From Stenotrophomonas sp. (GTDB lineage Bacteria > Pseudomonadota > Gammaproteobacteria > Xanthomonadales > Xanthomonadaceae): a DNA stretch of 64,000 nt. Numbering within the stretch: position 1 is the first letter of the stretch; the number at the start of each line of letters is the position of its first letter. The notes below the pieces were generated by a model, which did not search any database, was not told the DNA's origin, and was given only the letters and a program-made list of their open reading frames with translations. The stretch covers positions 37,472 through 101,471 of the forward strand of contig NZ_DAMCID010000016.1 in the NCBI RefSeq assembly GCF_032099025.1. The letters are read 5' to 3'. Positions 50,430-61,855 of this stretch are shown piece by piece. The position numbers and the translations under genes are program-made.

Positions 50430-53400
50430 TCAGGCCGCGCCCGCCAATCGTGCCGCCTCTTCCAGGTCAACGCTGACCAGGCGGCTGACGCCCGGCTCGC
50501 GCATGGTCACGCCCGACAGCTGGTGGGCCGCCTCCATGGTCGCCTTGTTGTGGCTCACGAACAGGAACTGCACTTTCTCGCTCATCTCCTTGACCATGTT
50601 GGCCAGGCGACCGACGTTGGCTTCATCCAGCGGCGCATCCACCTCGTCCAGCAGGCAGAACGGCGCCGGGTTGAGCTGGAAGATCGCAAACACCAGCGCC
50701 ACCGCGGTCATCGCCTTCTCGCCACCGGACAGCAGCGAGATGCTGGACACCCGCTTGCCCGGCGGCCGCGCCATGATCGCAACACCGGTGTCGAGCAGGT
50801 CTTCACCCGTGAGTTCCAGGTAAGCGTGGCCGCCGCCGAACAGGCGCGGATACAGCTGCTGCACACCGGCGTTGACGCGGTCGAAGGTGTCCTTGAAGCG
50901 GCCGCGGGTCTCGCGGTCGATCTTGCGGATGGCGTCTTCCAGCGTCTCCAGCGCGGTGCACAGATCGGTGTTCTGCGCATCCAGGTAGTCCGAGCGCTGC
51001 GAGGCCTCGCCATATTCCTGGATGGCGGCCAGGTTGACCGGCTCCAGGCGGCGCATGCGCCCGTCGATCTGGTGCACGGCCTGTTCCCAGTCGCCGATGC
51101 GGGCGTCCTCGGGCAGTGCGTTGATCACGTCCTGCAGCACGAAGCCGGCCTTCTCCACCGAGGCGGTGAGCTGGTCGGCACTGAGCACCAGCGCCTGCTG
51201 GTCCAGCTTGCGCTGGGAAATCCGCTCGCGCTGGGCCAGCGCCTGTTCGTCGCGATGGTGGCGGGTCTGTTCGAAATTGCGCAGCTCCGCGTCGATGCCT
51301 TCCAGCAGGGTGCGGGCTTCGCCCAGCACGCGGTCGGCGCGCACGCGCTCGCCGAGCGCATTCTGGTGTTCGGCTTCCAGCGCCTGGACCGGGGAACCGC
51401 CGTCGTCGAGCTGCGAATGCAGTTCGCCCAGGCGTGAATCGAGCTGGCCGCGCTGGGTGCTCATGCGCTCCAGCGCCTGGCTCAGCGAGGTCACCTGGGT
51501 GCGCTGCGACTCCAGCGTGAGGGCCAGGGAATGCGCACTCTCACGCACGTTGCGGGCGGCCTCGCGGGCCTGGTCGCGGGCGTCGCTGAACTGGCGGCGC
51601 TCACTTTCCAGCGCGTGCCGCACCGCTTCCAGATCGCCCATGCTGTTGACCGCATCGTCCAGCCGCGACCGTGCCTCGCGGACCTGTTCGCGCCCGGTAT
51701 CAAGCGTTTCAAGCAGCTGCGAGAGCTCGCCTTCGATGCGATCGATGCGGGTGCGCGCGGCATCGACCTTGCCCTGCTGGCTCTGCAGCTGACCCCCCAG
51801 CTCGGACACGCTGCGGTGCGCCAGGTACAGCTGGCGCTGCGCGTCTTCGCGCTGCTGCTCGCCGGCCAGCAGCTGGTCACGGAATCCAGCCAGGCGCTCT
51901 TCGAGACCGGCTTCGCGTTCCTGCAGGCTGTCGATCTGCTCGCGCAGGGTGACGATTTCGCGTTCGCGCAGCAGCGCGCCCTGCTTGGCGGCGCCGGAGC
52001 GCGAGACGCGCACCCAGCCGTCGCCGAGGCGCTCGCCACCGCGGGTGATGACCGAATCGCCCTCGCCCAGCTGCGCCTGCAACGCACGCGCCTGTTCGAG
52101 GTCTTCAGCGGCATGCAGGCGGGCCAGCAGCCGACGGATCGCGGTGGGGCCCTGCACCTTGGCGGCCAGCGAGGTCGGGGCGACCTCAAGCGGGCTCTGG
52201 TCGGCCGAGACCAGGGCGATGCGCCCATCGCCCAGCTCGGCCAGCGCGCCGACCAGGCGTTCGGGCGCCTCGACCAGCACGCCTTCGATGAGCTGGCCGA
52301 GTGCGCTTTCAACGGCGTTTTCCCAGCCGCTTTCCACGTTGAGGCGCTCGCCGACGCGCGCACCCGAATCCAGGCCATGCTGTTTCAACCAGGCCACCGC
52401 CGCGCCCTGCTCCTGGCCCAGTGCGGCCTGCTGCAGGGTTTCCAGCGAAGACAGGCGACCGCGCGCGGCCTGGGCCTGCTTGCGGATATCCGCCAGTTCG
52501 GTCTGGCCGCTGCGCTGGCGATCCTGCAGGCCAGCCACGGCTTCCTTGCGTGCCTCGACCTGCTCGGTCAGGCCATCCAGCGCGGCCTTCTGGGTCTCGT
52601 GCTGGAGCTGCAGCTCCTCAAAGGTCTCGGCCAGCGCATCCAGGTCCAGCCCGGTGCGTTCGGCGGTGAGGGCCTCACGGCGGCGGTCGGCTTCGAGCAC
52701 CTGGCGGTCCAGGTAATCGACGCGGGTGCGCTCGACTTCGCCGGCACGGGAGGCTTCGGAGGTGTTGCGGGTATGGGCTTCCCAACGCGCCTGCCAGTCG
52801 GCAAGCCGGGCTTCGGCGTCGCGCAGGGCCTCCTGCTTGATTTCGTTTTCTTCCTGCAGCTGCTCCAGCTGGGGTTCGGCCAGCTCGACGGCGTCGCGCA
52901 ACACGATCAGTTTGGCTTCGTCGCCGCTGATGTGCTGACCCAGTTCGGCCAGGGCCTGCTGGGTTTCGTCGCGGGCCTTGTGCAGGCGCTGCGACATTTC
53001 ACGCTGGTGCTGGATCTGCTGTTCAAGCCGGGCCAGGGTGCTGCCCACCTGGTACACCTCGGCCTGTGCGGTGCTGAGGGCATCGGACGCTTCTTCGCGG
53101 CGGACGCGGCTGGTCTCGATGCGGGCCTCGGCGTCGCGCTGTTCGGCGATGAGCTGCTGCAGGCGGGTTTCTTCCTGCGACAGGGCCTCGCGCAGGCCGC
53201 CCAGGCGCTGGTCGAGGCCACGGAATTCGAGCGCCTTCCATTCGGCATCCTTGACCTTGCGCTCTTCCTGCAGGGTCTGGTACTGCTCGGCCTGGCGGGC
53301 CTGGCGCTTGAGGTGTTCGAGCTGCTTGCCAATCTCTTCGCGAAGGTCGCCGAGGCGGTCGAGATTCTCGCGGGTGTGCCGGATGCGGGTTTCGGTTTCC

Positions 53401-53933
53401 TTGCGGCGCTCCTTGTACTTGGAGATGCCGGCGGCTTCTTCAAGATAGACGCGCAGGTCTTCGGGCCGGGCTTCGATGATCTGGCTGATCATGCCCTGCT
53501 CGATGATGGAGTAACTGCGGGGCCCCAGGCCGGTACCGAGGAACAGGTCGGTAATGTCGCGGCGACGGCACTTGGTGCCGTTGAGATAATAGTTGCTGCT
53601 GCCGTCGCGGCTGACGGTCCGCTTCACCGATATTTCGTTGAACGAGGCGTACTCGCCGGAAATGGTGTGGTCGGTATTGTCGAAAATCAGTTCGACGGTT
53701 GCCTGCGACACGGGCTTGCGTGCGGAAGACCCGGAGAAAATAACGTCGGTCAGCGAGTCGCCACGCAACCGGCTGGCGGAGCTTTCGCCCATGACCCAGC
53801 GCACGGCATCGATGATGTTGGACTTGCCACAGCCATTGGGCCCGACCACGCCGGTCATGTTGGTGGGCAGATGCAGGGTGGTGGGATCAACAAACGACTT
53901 GAAGCCGGAGAGCTTGATCGTGGACAGACGCAT
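50430..53933 (-). CDS. smc: Chromosome segregation protein SMC
   Basis: GFKSF, GPNGCGKSN, coiled coils and hinge, LSGGEK, LDEVDAPLD. Confidence 0.98.
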   Translation of the reverse strand: MRLSTIKLSGFKSFVDPTTLHLPTNMTGVVGPNGCGKSNIIDAVRWVMGESSASRLRGDSLTDVIFSGSSARKPVSQATVELIFDNTDHTISGEYASFNEISVKRTVSRDGSSNYYLNGTKCRRRDITDLFLGTGLGPRSYSIIEQGMISQIIEARPEDLRVYLEEAAGISKYKERRKETETRIRHTRENLDRLGDLREEIGKQLEHLKRQARQAEQYQTLQEERKVKDAEWKALEFRGLDQRLGGLREALSQEETRLQQLIAEQRDAEARIETSRVRREEASDALSTAQAEVYQVGSTLARLEQQIQHQREMSQRLHKARDETQQALAELGQHISGDEAKLIVLRDAVELAEPQLEQLQEENEIKQEALRDAEARLADWQARWEAHTRNTSEASRAGEVERTRVDYLDRQVLEADRRREALTAERTGLDLDALAETFEELQLQHETQKAALDGLTEQVEARKEAVAGLQDRQRSGQTELADIRKQAQAARGRLSSLETLQQAALGQEQGAAVAWLKQHGLDSGARVGERLNVESGWENAVESALGQLIEGVLVEAPERLVGALAELGDGRIALVSADQSPLEVAPTSLAAKVQGPTAIRRLLARLHAAEDLEQARALQAQLGEGDSVITRGGERLGDGWVRVSRSGAAKQGALLREREIVTLREQIDSLQEREAGLEERLAGFRDQLLAGEQQREDAQRQLYLAHRSVSELGGQLQSQQGKVDAARTRIDRIEGELSQLLETLDTGREQVREARSRLDDAVNSMGDLEAVRHALESERRQFSDARDQAREAARNVRESAHSLALTLESQRTQVTSLSQALERMSTQRGQLDSRLGELHSQLDDGGSPVQALEAEHQNALGERVRADRVLGEARTLLEGIDAELRNFEQTRHHRDEQALAQRERISQRKLDQQALVLSADQLTASVEKAGFVLQDVINALPEDARIGDWEQAVHQIDGRMRRLEPVNLAAIQEYGEASQRSDYLDAQNTDLCTALETLEDAIRKIDRETRGRFKDTFDRVNAGVQQLYPRLFGGGHAYLELTGEDLLDTGVAIMARPPGKRVSSISLLSGGEKAMTAVALVFAIFQLNPAPFCLLDEVDAPLDEANVGRLANMVKEMSEKVQFLFVSHNKATMEAAHQLSGVTMREPGVSRLVSVDLEEAARLAGAA

Positions 53934-54067
53934 GGCGTGGTGGGCTTCCGGACAGTCGCGATAGGCGGAGTATAACGGGGTGGGTGTTGTGCGGGCGGTT
54001 GAGGCGATAGGGCCAGAGCCAGAGCAAAGCCAAAGCCATGGGCGTTGGGGCTATCGGATAGCGCGCC

Positions 54068-54163
54068 GGGCTGGGCGGGGTGGCGGGACACGCCGTGAAC
54101 CCATCCATGGGGGCTTGGCAAAAACATCCATGTTTTCGACAGTCCCGCCACCCCACCCAGCCC
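54068..54163 (+). repeat. Structured repeat, copy 1 (22-bp arms around a conserved core)
   Basis: Arms 54068-54089 and 54142-54163 (1 mismatch); core acgccgtgaacccatccatgggggct...aaaacatccatgtttt. Confidence 0.75.
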
Positions 54164-54312
54164 GTCCCGCCCGCAGATGGCTGGTGCGCAAGGGCGATCA
54201 CGAGCAACAGCCAGTGCGCTCTTCGGTCTGGGTCATGCGTTACCGCGGGCGTTCAGTTGATCGGCGGTCGTTTGGGAACAGCCCTACCGGCGCAGGCGCA
54301 ATACGCCACGCC

Positions 54313-54335
54313 GTAGAGCCAGGCCATACCTGGCT
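54313..54335 (+). repeat. REP (GTAG-AGCCAGG-CCATA-CCTGGCT)
   Basis: GTAG head plus 7-bp palindrome; same class as 60391-60413. Confidence 0.75.
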
Positions 54336-54365
54336 GCTCCTTCTTTCCGCCGCCGACCATGTATC

Positions 54366-54480
54366 GGGGCGGCCGGCGGGTAGCCCCCGGAGGGACGCTA
54401 GAAAACATGGATGTTTTCTAGCAGCCCCCATGGATGGGTTCACGGCGTGTCCCGGAGCGGGGCTGCCCGGCGGCCGCCCC
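54366..54480 (-). repeat. Structured repeat, copy 2 (inverted relative to copy 1)
   Basis: Shares gggacacgccgtgaacccatccatgggggct with copy 1 but has different self-complementary arms. Confidence 0.75.
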
Positions 54481-54521
54481 ACCACGGAAAAACAGAAACG
54501 CTGCTCTTGGCGCACACAAAC

Positions 54522-54552
54522 AAAAACGGGCACCCTTTCGGGCGCCCGTTTT
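54522..54552 (-). terminator. rplI terminator
   Basis: Minus strand AAAACGGGCGCCC-GAAA-GGGTGCCCGTTTTT. Confidence 0.8.
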
Positions 54553-54577
54553 CAGAATCCAAGCCTTGCGGCAGGGA

Positions 54578-55030
54578 TCAGGCCTTTTCGGCTTCCACCA
54601 CCACCTTGACGGTGGTTTCGACGTCGGCGTGCAGGTGAATGGTCACCTCGTACTCGCCCACGTTGCGGAAGGCGCCTTCGCCCAGGATGACTTCGCTCTT
54701 TTCCAGCGGCAGACCGGCCTTGGTGAAGGCTTCGGCGATGTCGCGCGGGCCAACCGAGCCGTACAGCTTGCCTTCGGTCGACGCGTTGGCGGCGATCGAG
54801 ACGCTCTTGCCTTCCAGCTTGGCCTTGCGGGCTTCGGCGTCAGCGTGGATCGACTCGGCCTTGGCTTCGTACTCGGCGCGCTTGGCAGCGAACTCGGCAA
54901 CGTTGCCAGCGGTGGCCGGAATGGCCTTGCCGGTCGGGACGAGGAAGTTGCGGCCGTAGCCCGGCTTCACGTCGACCTGGTCGCCCAGACCGCCGAGGTT
55001 GGTGACCTTCTGAAGAAGAATCAGCTTCAT
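54578..55030 (-). CDS. rplI: 50S ribosomal protein L9
   Basis: [17 protein letters not shown]. Confidence 0.98.
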   Translation of the reverse strand: MKLILLQKVTNLGGLGDQVDVKPGYGRNFLVPTGKAIPATAGNVAEFAAKRAEYEAKAESIHADAEARKAKLEGKSVSIAANASTEGKLYGSVGPRDIAEAFTKAGLPLEKSEVILGEGAFRNVGEYEVTIHLHADVETTVKVVVEAEKA

Positions 55031-55180
55031 GGTGTTGCTCCAATATGTATTCGTTAGCGAGGCGAACCCCGCAGCGGATGGCTGTCCGAATATCCGAACG
55101 GTAGACCCGGCACCGCCCGCTGCCTTGCGGCGCGGGCGGTCGAGACTACGAAAGCGGCGGCCAGGGGCCGCCCGCCCTCA

Positions 55181-55411
55181 TCAGACGTCGTGGTTGTCGG
55201 TGTACGGAATCAGGGCCAGGAAACGGGCGCGCTTGACGGCCGTTGCCAGCTGGCGCTGGTACTTCGACTTGGTACCGGTCACGCGGCTCGGCACGATCTT
55301 GCCGTTCTCGGTGAGGTACTGGCGCAGGGTGTTGAGATCCTTGTAATCGATCTCCTTGACACCTTCGGCCGTGAACTTGCAGAACTTGCGGCGACGGAAG
55401 AACTTGGACAT
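55181..55411 (-). CDS. rpsR: 30S ribosomal protein S18
   Basis: [26 protein letters not shown]. Confidence 0.98.
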   Translation of the reverse strand: MSKFFRRRKFCKFTAEGVKEIDYKDLNTLRQYLTENGKIVPSRVTGTKSKYQRQLATAVKRARFLALIPYTDNHDV

Positions 55412-55422
55412 GTCAGTGCTCC

Positions 55423-55860
55423 TTAAGCGGCCGAAGCGGCGTCATCGCCGGCATCGGTGTCAGCGGCGGGGGTGGTTTCGCCTTCTTCGTCATCACGACG
55501 ACGACGCTCACCGCGCTCGGGCTTGTCGCCCTTCTCGTCCTTGCTCTTCATGATCAGCGACTGCTCGGTGTCGGCACCCGGACGCAGGATGACGAGGTTG
55601 CGCAGCACTGCATCGTTGAACTTGAAGCTCTCGGTCAGTTCGGTCAGCACCGCCTGATCCACTTCGATGTTCATCAGCACGTAATGTGCCTTGACCAGGT
55701 TCTGGATCGGGTAAGCCAGCTGACGACGGCCCCAGTCTTCCAGACGGTGGATGGTGCCGTTGCCGGTTTCGACCAGCGACTTGTAGCGCTCGATCATGGC
55801 CGGGACCTGTTCGCTCTGGTCCGGGTGGACCATGAACACGACTTCGTAATGACGACTCAT
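55423..55860 (-). CDS. rpsF: 30S ribosomal protein S6
   Basis: [21 protein letters not shown], acidic tail. Confidence 0.98.
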   Translation of the reverse strand: MSRHYEVVFMVHPDQSEQVPAMIERYKSLVETGNGTIHRLEDWGRRQLAYPIQNLVKAHYVLMNIEVDQAVLTELTESFKFNDAVLRNLVILRPGADTEQSLIMKSKDEKGDKPERGERRRRDDEEGETTPAADTDAGDDAASAA

Positions 55861-55867
55861 GTGTTGT

Positions 55868-55915
55868 TACCTTTCGGATGTGGCCCTTGTCGGGCCGGAC
55901 AGCCCCCCGCAGGTG
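55868..55915 (-). promoter_or_regulatory. Possible S6:S18 autoregulatory leader
   Basis: GGCCC-GACAA-GGGCC hairpin then ATCCGAAAGG just before the rpsF start, resembling the CCG-plus-SD element of S6:S18 leaders. Confidence 0.35.
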
Positions 55916-56028
55916 AACGCGGTGGAGCAAGGGTCCTGCCAGAAATCAGGCAGGAAGCCGCGCATTGTGGCAGCAAAGTCCTGCCCCGGCAAGCTGAACC
56001 GGGGACGCGAGACCATGCGGCGCCCGTT

Positions 56029-56367
56029 TCAGGCCTTGTCGGCCTCGGTGGTGAAGCTTTCGCCGCAGCCGCATTCAGCCGTGGCGTTGGGGTTCCTGAA
56101 CGTGAACGTCTCGCTCAGGCCCTGCTTGCCGAAGTCGATCTGGGTCCCATCGACCAGCGCCAGGCTGTCGGCGTCCACGTAGATGCGCACCCCGTCCTGC
56201 TCGAACACGGTGTCTCCGGGACGCTCGTCACGGGCCAGGTCGGTGATGTGCCCCCACCCCGAACAGCCGGTGCGGGTCACGCCGAAACGCAGGCCCAGCG
56301 CATCGGGGGTCTGTGCGACGAACTTCTGGACGCGGGTAAAGGCAACGGGGGTAAGGGTTACGGCCAT
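56029..56367 (-). CDS. HesB/IscA family A-type Fe-S carrier
   Basis: [26 protein letters not shown]. Confidence 0.93.
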   Translation of the reverse strand: MAVTLTPVAFTRVQKFVAQTPDALGLRFGVTRTGCSGWGHITDLARDERPGDTVFEQDGVRIYVDADSLALVDGTQIDFGKQGLSETFTFRNPNATAECGCGESFTTEADKA

Positions 56368-56496
56368 GACAGACAACTCCAGCGGATCAGACACATTATA
56401 GGTCCACGGCCCAGTCAGAAATGCCTCGCAAGCAGAACGCTGCAACCGTTAAACTCCTCGTTCAGAGATCGAGTCGATCAACAGAGGATTCAAGTC

Positions 56497-57891
<1,395 letters not shown>

Positions 57892-57915
57892 TCCCGACCA
57901 CGGAGGCATGCCCCC

Positions 57916-58221
57916 ATGACCCTGTTCTTCGCGCTGTGTTTCGTCGGCGTGGCGATCGCCGGGTTCAGTGCCTTCGTGATCTTCTGGCCGCTGACGCTGG
58001 TGCATATCCGCGACCGCCACCCTGCCCTGGCCACCCGCTTCGGCAGTGGTGCCTTCCTGCGCCCGGACGCGCTGCGCTGGCTGCTGGGCCGCGATTACCG
58101 CGACACCCCCGACCGCTCGCTGTCGGGGCTGGCCACGCCGGCCTGGCTGTCGCTGCTCACCCTGCTGGCCGGACTGGGCATGGCCGCCCTGCTCTGGCTG
58201 CTTTCGATGGTACTGACATGA
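57916..58221 (+). CDS. Hypothetical membrane protein
   Basis: GGAGG RBS, two hydrophobic segments. Confidence 0.65.
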   Translation: MTLFFALCFVGVAIAGFSAFVIFWPLTLVHIRDRHPALATRFGSGAFLRPDALRWLLGRDYRDTPDRSLSGLATPAWLSLLTLLAGLGMAALLWLLSMVLT

Positions 58222-58532
58222 ACGACATCACCGCCCACCACGACCAGTGGTTCCTCGCCAGCCTGGGCAACACACTGATCTGGGCACGCCTGCGGGTGCG
58301 TCCCGGCGGCACTGCCGAAGTGCTGGACAGCGATGGCAACACGCTGAGCTACGACAGCGAGGACACCGCGCGCTCGCAGCTGTTCGACGCCGAATTCGTC
58401 GCCTACGACGGGCTGGATGAGGAAGACGCGCTGATCCGCGGCTTCAGCCTGCACGAAGTGCGCCCGCCCCAGGCCGACAGCGATGACGGACTGCAGGGGC
58501 GCATGGTGCAGAACCTGGGCGCGCGCGCCTGA
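58218..58532 (+). CDS. Hypothetical acidic protein
   Basis: ATG overlaps the upstream TGA; GC3-biased frame MNDITAHHDQWFLASLG... Confidence 0.7.
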   Translation: MNDITAHHDQWFLASLGNTLIWARLRVRPGGTAEVLDSDGNTLSYDSEDTARSQLFDAEFVAYDGLDEEDALIRGFSLHEVRPPQADSDDGLQGRMVQNLGARA

Positions 58533-58538
58533 CCGACG

Positions 58539-59171
58539 ATGTTCATTCCGTCCGACTTCGTTGAGACCGACCTGACTTGGCTGGACCGGCTGATGGCGCG
58601 CGATGCGTTCGTCACCGTGGTCACCACCGGCAGCGACGGGCTTCCGCAGGTAACCCTGCTGCCGGTGGTCTACCGGCGCGATGGCGACGACATTTTCATC
58701 GAGGGCCACTGGGCCCGCCCCAACCCGCAGGCCGGCCATGCCGGCCCGGCGCTGGTGCTGGTGCACGGGCCGCACGCCTATGTATCGCCGGGCTGGTATC
58801 CGGACAAGGACGCGCAGGCGCGCGTGCCGACCTGGAACTATGCGGCCGCCGAACTGCGCGGCACGCTCGAACCGGTCACCGATCCAGAGGCGTTGATCGC
58901 CATGCTGGACCGGCTGAGCGCGACCTACGAAGCCACCGTGGGCGGCGATTGGAGCCTGCTGCCGATCGAGCCACGCCAGCGGCGCATGCTGGGCGGCATC
59001 ATCGGGTTCCGTTTCCGCGCCACCCAGGCGCAGATCAAGCTCAAGCTCAGCCAGAACCATCCCGAGGCCAACCAGCGCAACGTGATCGATGCGCTGTCGG
59101 CGCTCGACTCCCCTTCTTCCCAGGAGCTGGCGCAGTGGATGCGCTGGAAACTAGAGGTACCGCAACCATGA
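58539..59171 (+). CDS. FMN-binding negative transcriptional regulator (PaiB family)
   Basis: [31 protein letters not shown]. Confidence 0.88.
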   Translation: MFIPSDFVETDLTWLDRLMARDAFVTVVTTGSDGLPQVTLLPVVYRRDGDDIFIEGHWARPNPQAGHAGPALVLVHGPHAYVSPGWYPDKDAQARVPTWNYAAAELRGTLEPVTDPEALIAMLDRLSATYEATVGGDWSLLPIEPRQRRMLGGIIGFRFRATQAQIKLKLSQNHPEANQRNVIDALSALDSPSSQELAQWMRWKLEVPQP

Positions 59172-59830
59172 AAGACATCCACAAGCTGCTGCAGAACAAC
59201 CGCGACTGGGCCGACCGGATCGAGAAGGAAGACCCGGACTTCTTCCACCAGCTGGCCAAGCAGCAGCACCCGGAATACCTGTGGATCGGCTGTTCGGATT
59301 CGCGCGTGCCGGCCAACCAGATCATCGGCATGGCACCGGGCGAGGTGTTCGTCCACCGCAACGTCGCCAACGTGGTGGTGCACACCGATCTGAACTGCCT
59401 GAGCGTCATCCAGTACGCGGTGGACCAGCTGAAGGTGAAGCACATCCTGATCGTGGGCCACTACGGCTGCGGCGGCGTGCATGCCAGCCTGAACAACACG
59501 CGCGTCGGCCTGGCCGACAACTGGCTGCGGCATGTCGGCGACGTGGCGCAGAAGCACGCTGCCATCATGGATGCGATCGAGGAGCCCGACCTGAAGCATG
59601 CGCGCCTGTGCGAGCTCAACGTGATCGAACAGGTGGTCAACGCCTGCCGTTCGACCATCGTGCAGGACGCCTGGGCGCGCGGCCAGAAGCTGATGGTGCA
59701 CGGCTGGGTATACAGCCTGAAGGACGGCCGCGTGCGCGAAATGGGCATCGACGTGGGTCGCCCGGAAGACCTGCAGCCGGCCTACGAGCAGGCGCTGGCC
59801 CACGTACCGCGCCGCGGCCGGCGCGACTGA
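59168..59830 (+). CDS. can: Beta-class carbonic anhydrase
   Basis: [23 protein letters not shown]. Confidence 0.95.
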   Translation: MKDIHKLLQNNRDWADRIEKEDPDFFHQLAKQQHPEYLWIGCSDSRVPANQIIGMAPGEVFVHRNVANVVVHTDLNCLSVIQYAVDQLKVKHILIVGHYGCGGVHASLNNTRVGLADNWLRHVGDVAQKHAAIMDAIEEPDLKHARLCELNVIEQVVNACRSTIVQDAWARGQKLMVHGWVYSLKDGRVREMGIDVGRPEDLQPAYEQALAHVPRRGRRD

Positions 59831-59853
59831 CCCCCCACCGCACGGAACCGCCC

Positions 59854-60366
59854 ATGCTCGCCTCCCCGATCAACCTGCTGGCCTGGATCGACGAGAATCG
59901 CCACCTGCTCAAGCCGCCGGTGGGCAACAAGATGATCGAGAACGGTGACTTCATCGTGATGGTGGTGGGAGGCCCGAACAGCCGCACCGACTTCCATTAC
60001 GACGAAGGCCCGGAGTGGTTCTATCAGCTCGAAGGCGAGATGCTGCTGAAGATCCAGGAAGACGGCGCGGTGCGCGACATTCCGATCCGCGCCGGCGAGA
60101 TCTTCCTGCTGCCGGGCAAGGTGCCGCATTCACCGCGCCGCCCGCCCGGCGGCGTGGGCCTGGTGGTGGAACGCAAGCGCCTGGCACACGAGCGCGATGG
60201 CGTGATGTGGTTCTGCGAACGCTGCAACCACAAACTCTACGAAGAATATTTCACCCTGCAGAACATCGAAACGGACCTGCCGAAGCTGTTCGAACGCTAC
60301 CAGGCGTCCGTCGAGATGCGCACCTGCGACGCCTGCGGGCACGTGGACCCGCTGCCGGGCACCTGA
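59854..60366 (+). CDS. nbaC: 3-hydroxyanthranilate 3,4-dioxygenase
   Basis: [25 protein letters not shown], CxxC...CxxC rubredoxin-like site. Confidence 0.95.
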   Translation: MLASPINLLAWIDENRHLLKPPVGNKMIENGDFIVMVVGGPNSRTDFHYDEGPEWFYQLEGEMLLKIQEDGAVRDIPIRAGEIFLLPGKVPHSPRRPPGGVGLVVERKRLAHERDGVMWFCERCNHKLYEEYFTLQNIETDLPKLFERYQASVEMRTCDACGHVDPLPGT

Positions 60367-60390
60367 TCGCCTGATTGCCGCGCCAACAGC

Positions 60391-60413
60391 AGCCAGGCAG
60401 GGCCTGGCTCTAC
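60391..60413 (-). repeat. REP (GTAG-AGCCAGG-CCCTG-CCTGGCT)
   Basis: Reverse-orientation relative of 54313-54335. Confidence 0.75.
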
Positions 60414-60546
60414 GATCCTTCCGGAGACGTACCGAAGCCGCCCATCAGACGTCCATGACCGGCAGCCTTCACCCCCCACGTCGGATTCAGCCCATAGGCA
60501 GGACACACAGATAGACTGTCTGTTCACAGACAACCTCAATCGCCCC

Positions 60547-61824
60547 ATGTCCGAGATCCTCAGTCGCACCCATGCCGTGGCCCTGGACGCTGCCGACCCC
60601 CTGCGCGCCCTGCGCGGTGAGTTCGTGTTCCCGCAGCACAACCATCGCGACCAGACGTACTTCGTCGGCAACTCGCTGGGGCTGCAGCCGCGTGCGGCCA
60701 AGGCCGCCGTGCAGGAGGTGATGGACAAGTGGGGTGCGCTGGCCGTGGAAGGCCACTTCACCGGCGAGACCCAGTGGCTGGGCTACCACCGCCTGGTCAA
60801 TGCGCAGCTGGCCCGCATCGTTGGCGCCCTGCCCAGCGAAGTGGTCGCCATGAACACCCTGAGCGTCAACCTGCACCTGATGATGGTCAGCTTCTACCGG
60901 CCCACCGCCGCGCGGCCGGTCATCCTGATGGAGGCCGGCGCCTTCCCGACCGACCGCCACGCCGTGGAATCGCAGATCCGCTTCCATGGCCTGGACCCGG
61001 CCACCTGCCTGGTCGAAGTGCAGCCCGATGAGCCCAACGGCACGATTTCGCTGCAGGCCATCGAGCGCGCCATCACCGAACACGGCCCGCGCCTGGCGCT
61101 CGTGCTGTGGCCGGGCGTGCAGTACCGCAGCGGCCAGGTGTTCGACCTGGACGCGATCACCCGCATGGCCCGCCTGCAGGGTGCCCGGGCGGGCTTCGAT
61201 CTGGCCCATTCGGTGGGCAACGTTCCGCTCCAGCTGCACGACATCGCCCCCGACTTCGCCGTGTGGTGCCATTACAAGTACCTCAACAGCGGTCCGGGCG
61301 CCGTGGCCGGCTGCTTCGTGCACGAGCGCCATCACCGCGACCACACCCTGCCGCGCTTCGCCGGCTGGTGGGGTCATGAGGAAGCCACCCGCTTCAAGAT
61401 GGCGCCGCAGTTCGTGCCGGCCGTGGGTGCCGAAGGCTGGCAGCTCAGCAACCCGCCCGTGCTGGGGCTCGCCCCGCTGCGCGCGGCATTGGACGTGGTC
61501 GACAAGGCCGGTGGCATCCAGGCGCTTCGCGACAAGTCCCTGCAGCTCACCGGCCTGCTCGACGCCCTGGTCCGTGCCCGCCTGCCGGGTGTGCTCGAGG
61601 TGCTCACCCCGCGCGAGCCGGAACGGCGCGGGTGCCAACTGTCACTGCGTGTCGTGGATGGCCGCGAGCGCGGCCGCCACCTCTTTGAATACCTGCAGAC
61701 GGTCGGCGTGCTGGGCGACTGGCGCGAACCCGACGTGATCCGCATCTCACCGACCCCGCTGTACAACCGCTACCTTGACCTGCACCACTTCGTCGAGGAA
61801 GTGGAATCCTGGGCCGGACTTTGA
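60547..61824 (+). CDS. kynU: Kynureninase
   Basis: YFVGNSLGLQP, DLAHSVGN, WCHYKYLNSGPG, FAGWWGH. Confidence 0.96.
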   Translation: MSEILSRTHAVALDAADPLRALRGEFVFPQHNHRDQTYFVGNSLGLQPRAAKAAVQEVMDKWGALAVEGHFTGETQWLGYHRLVNAQLARIVGALPSEVVAMNTLSVNLHLMMVSFYRPTAARPVILMEAGAFPTDRHAVESQIRFHGLDPATCLVEVQPDEPNGTISLQAIERAITEHGPRLALVLWPGVQYRSGQVFDLDAITRMARLQGARAGFDLAHSVGNVPLQLHDIAPDFAVWCHYKYLNSGPGAVAGCFVHERHHRDHTLPRFAGWWGHEEATRFKMAPQFVPAVGAEGWQLSNPPVLGLAPLRAALDVVDKAGGIQALRDKSLQLTGLLDALVRARLPGVLEVLTPREPERRGCQLSLRVVDGRERGRHLFEYLQTVGVLGDWREPDVIRISPTPLYNRYLDLHHFVEEVESWAGL

Positions 61825-61855
61825 GCCGCACTCCCCCTCCTTCGCGGAACCGCTC

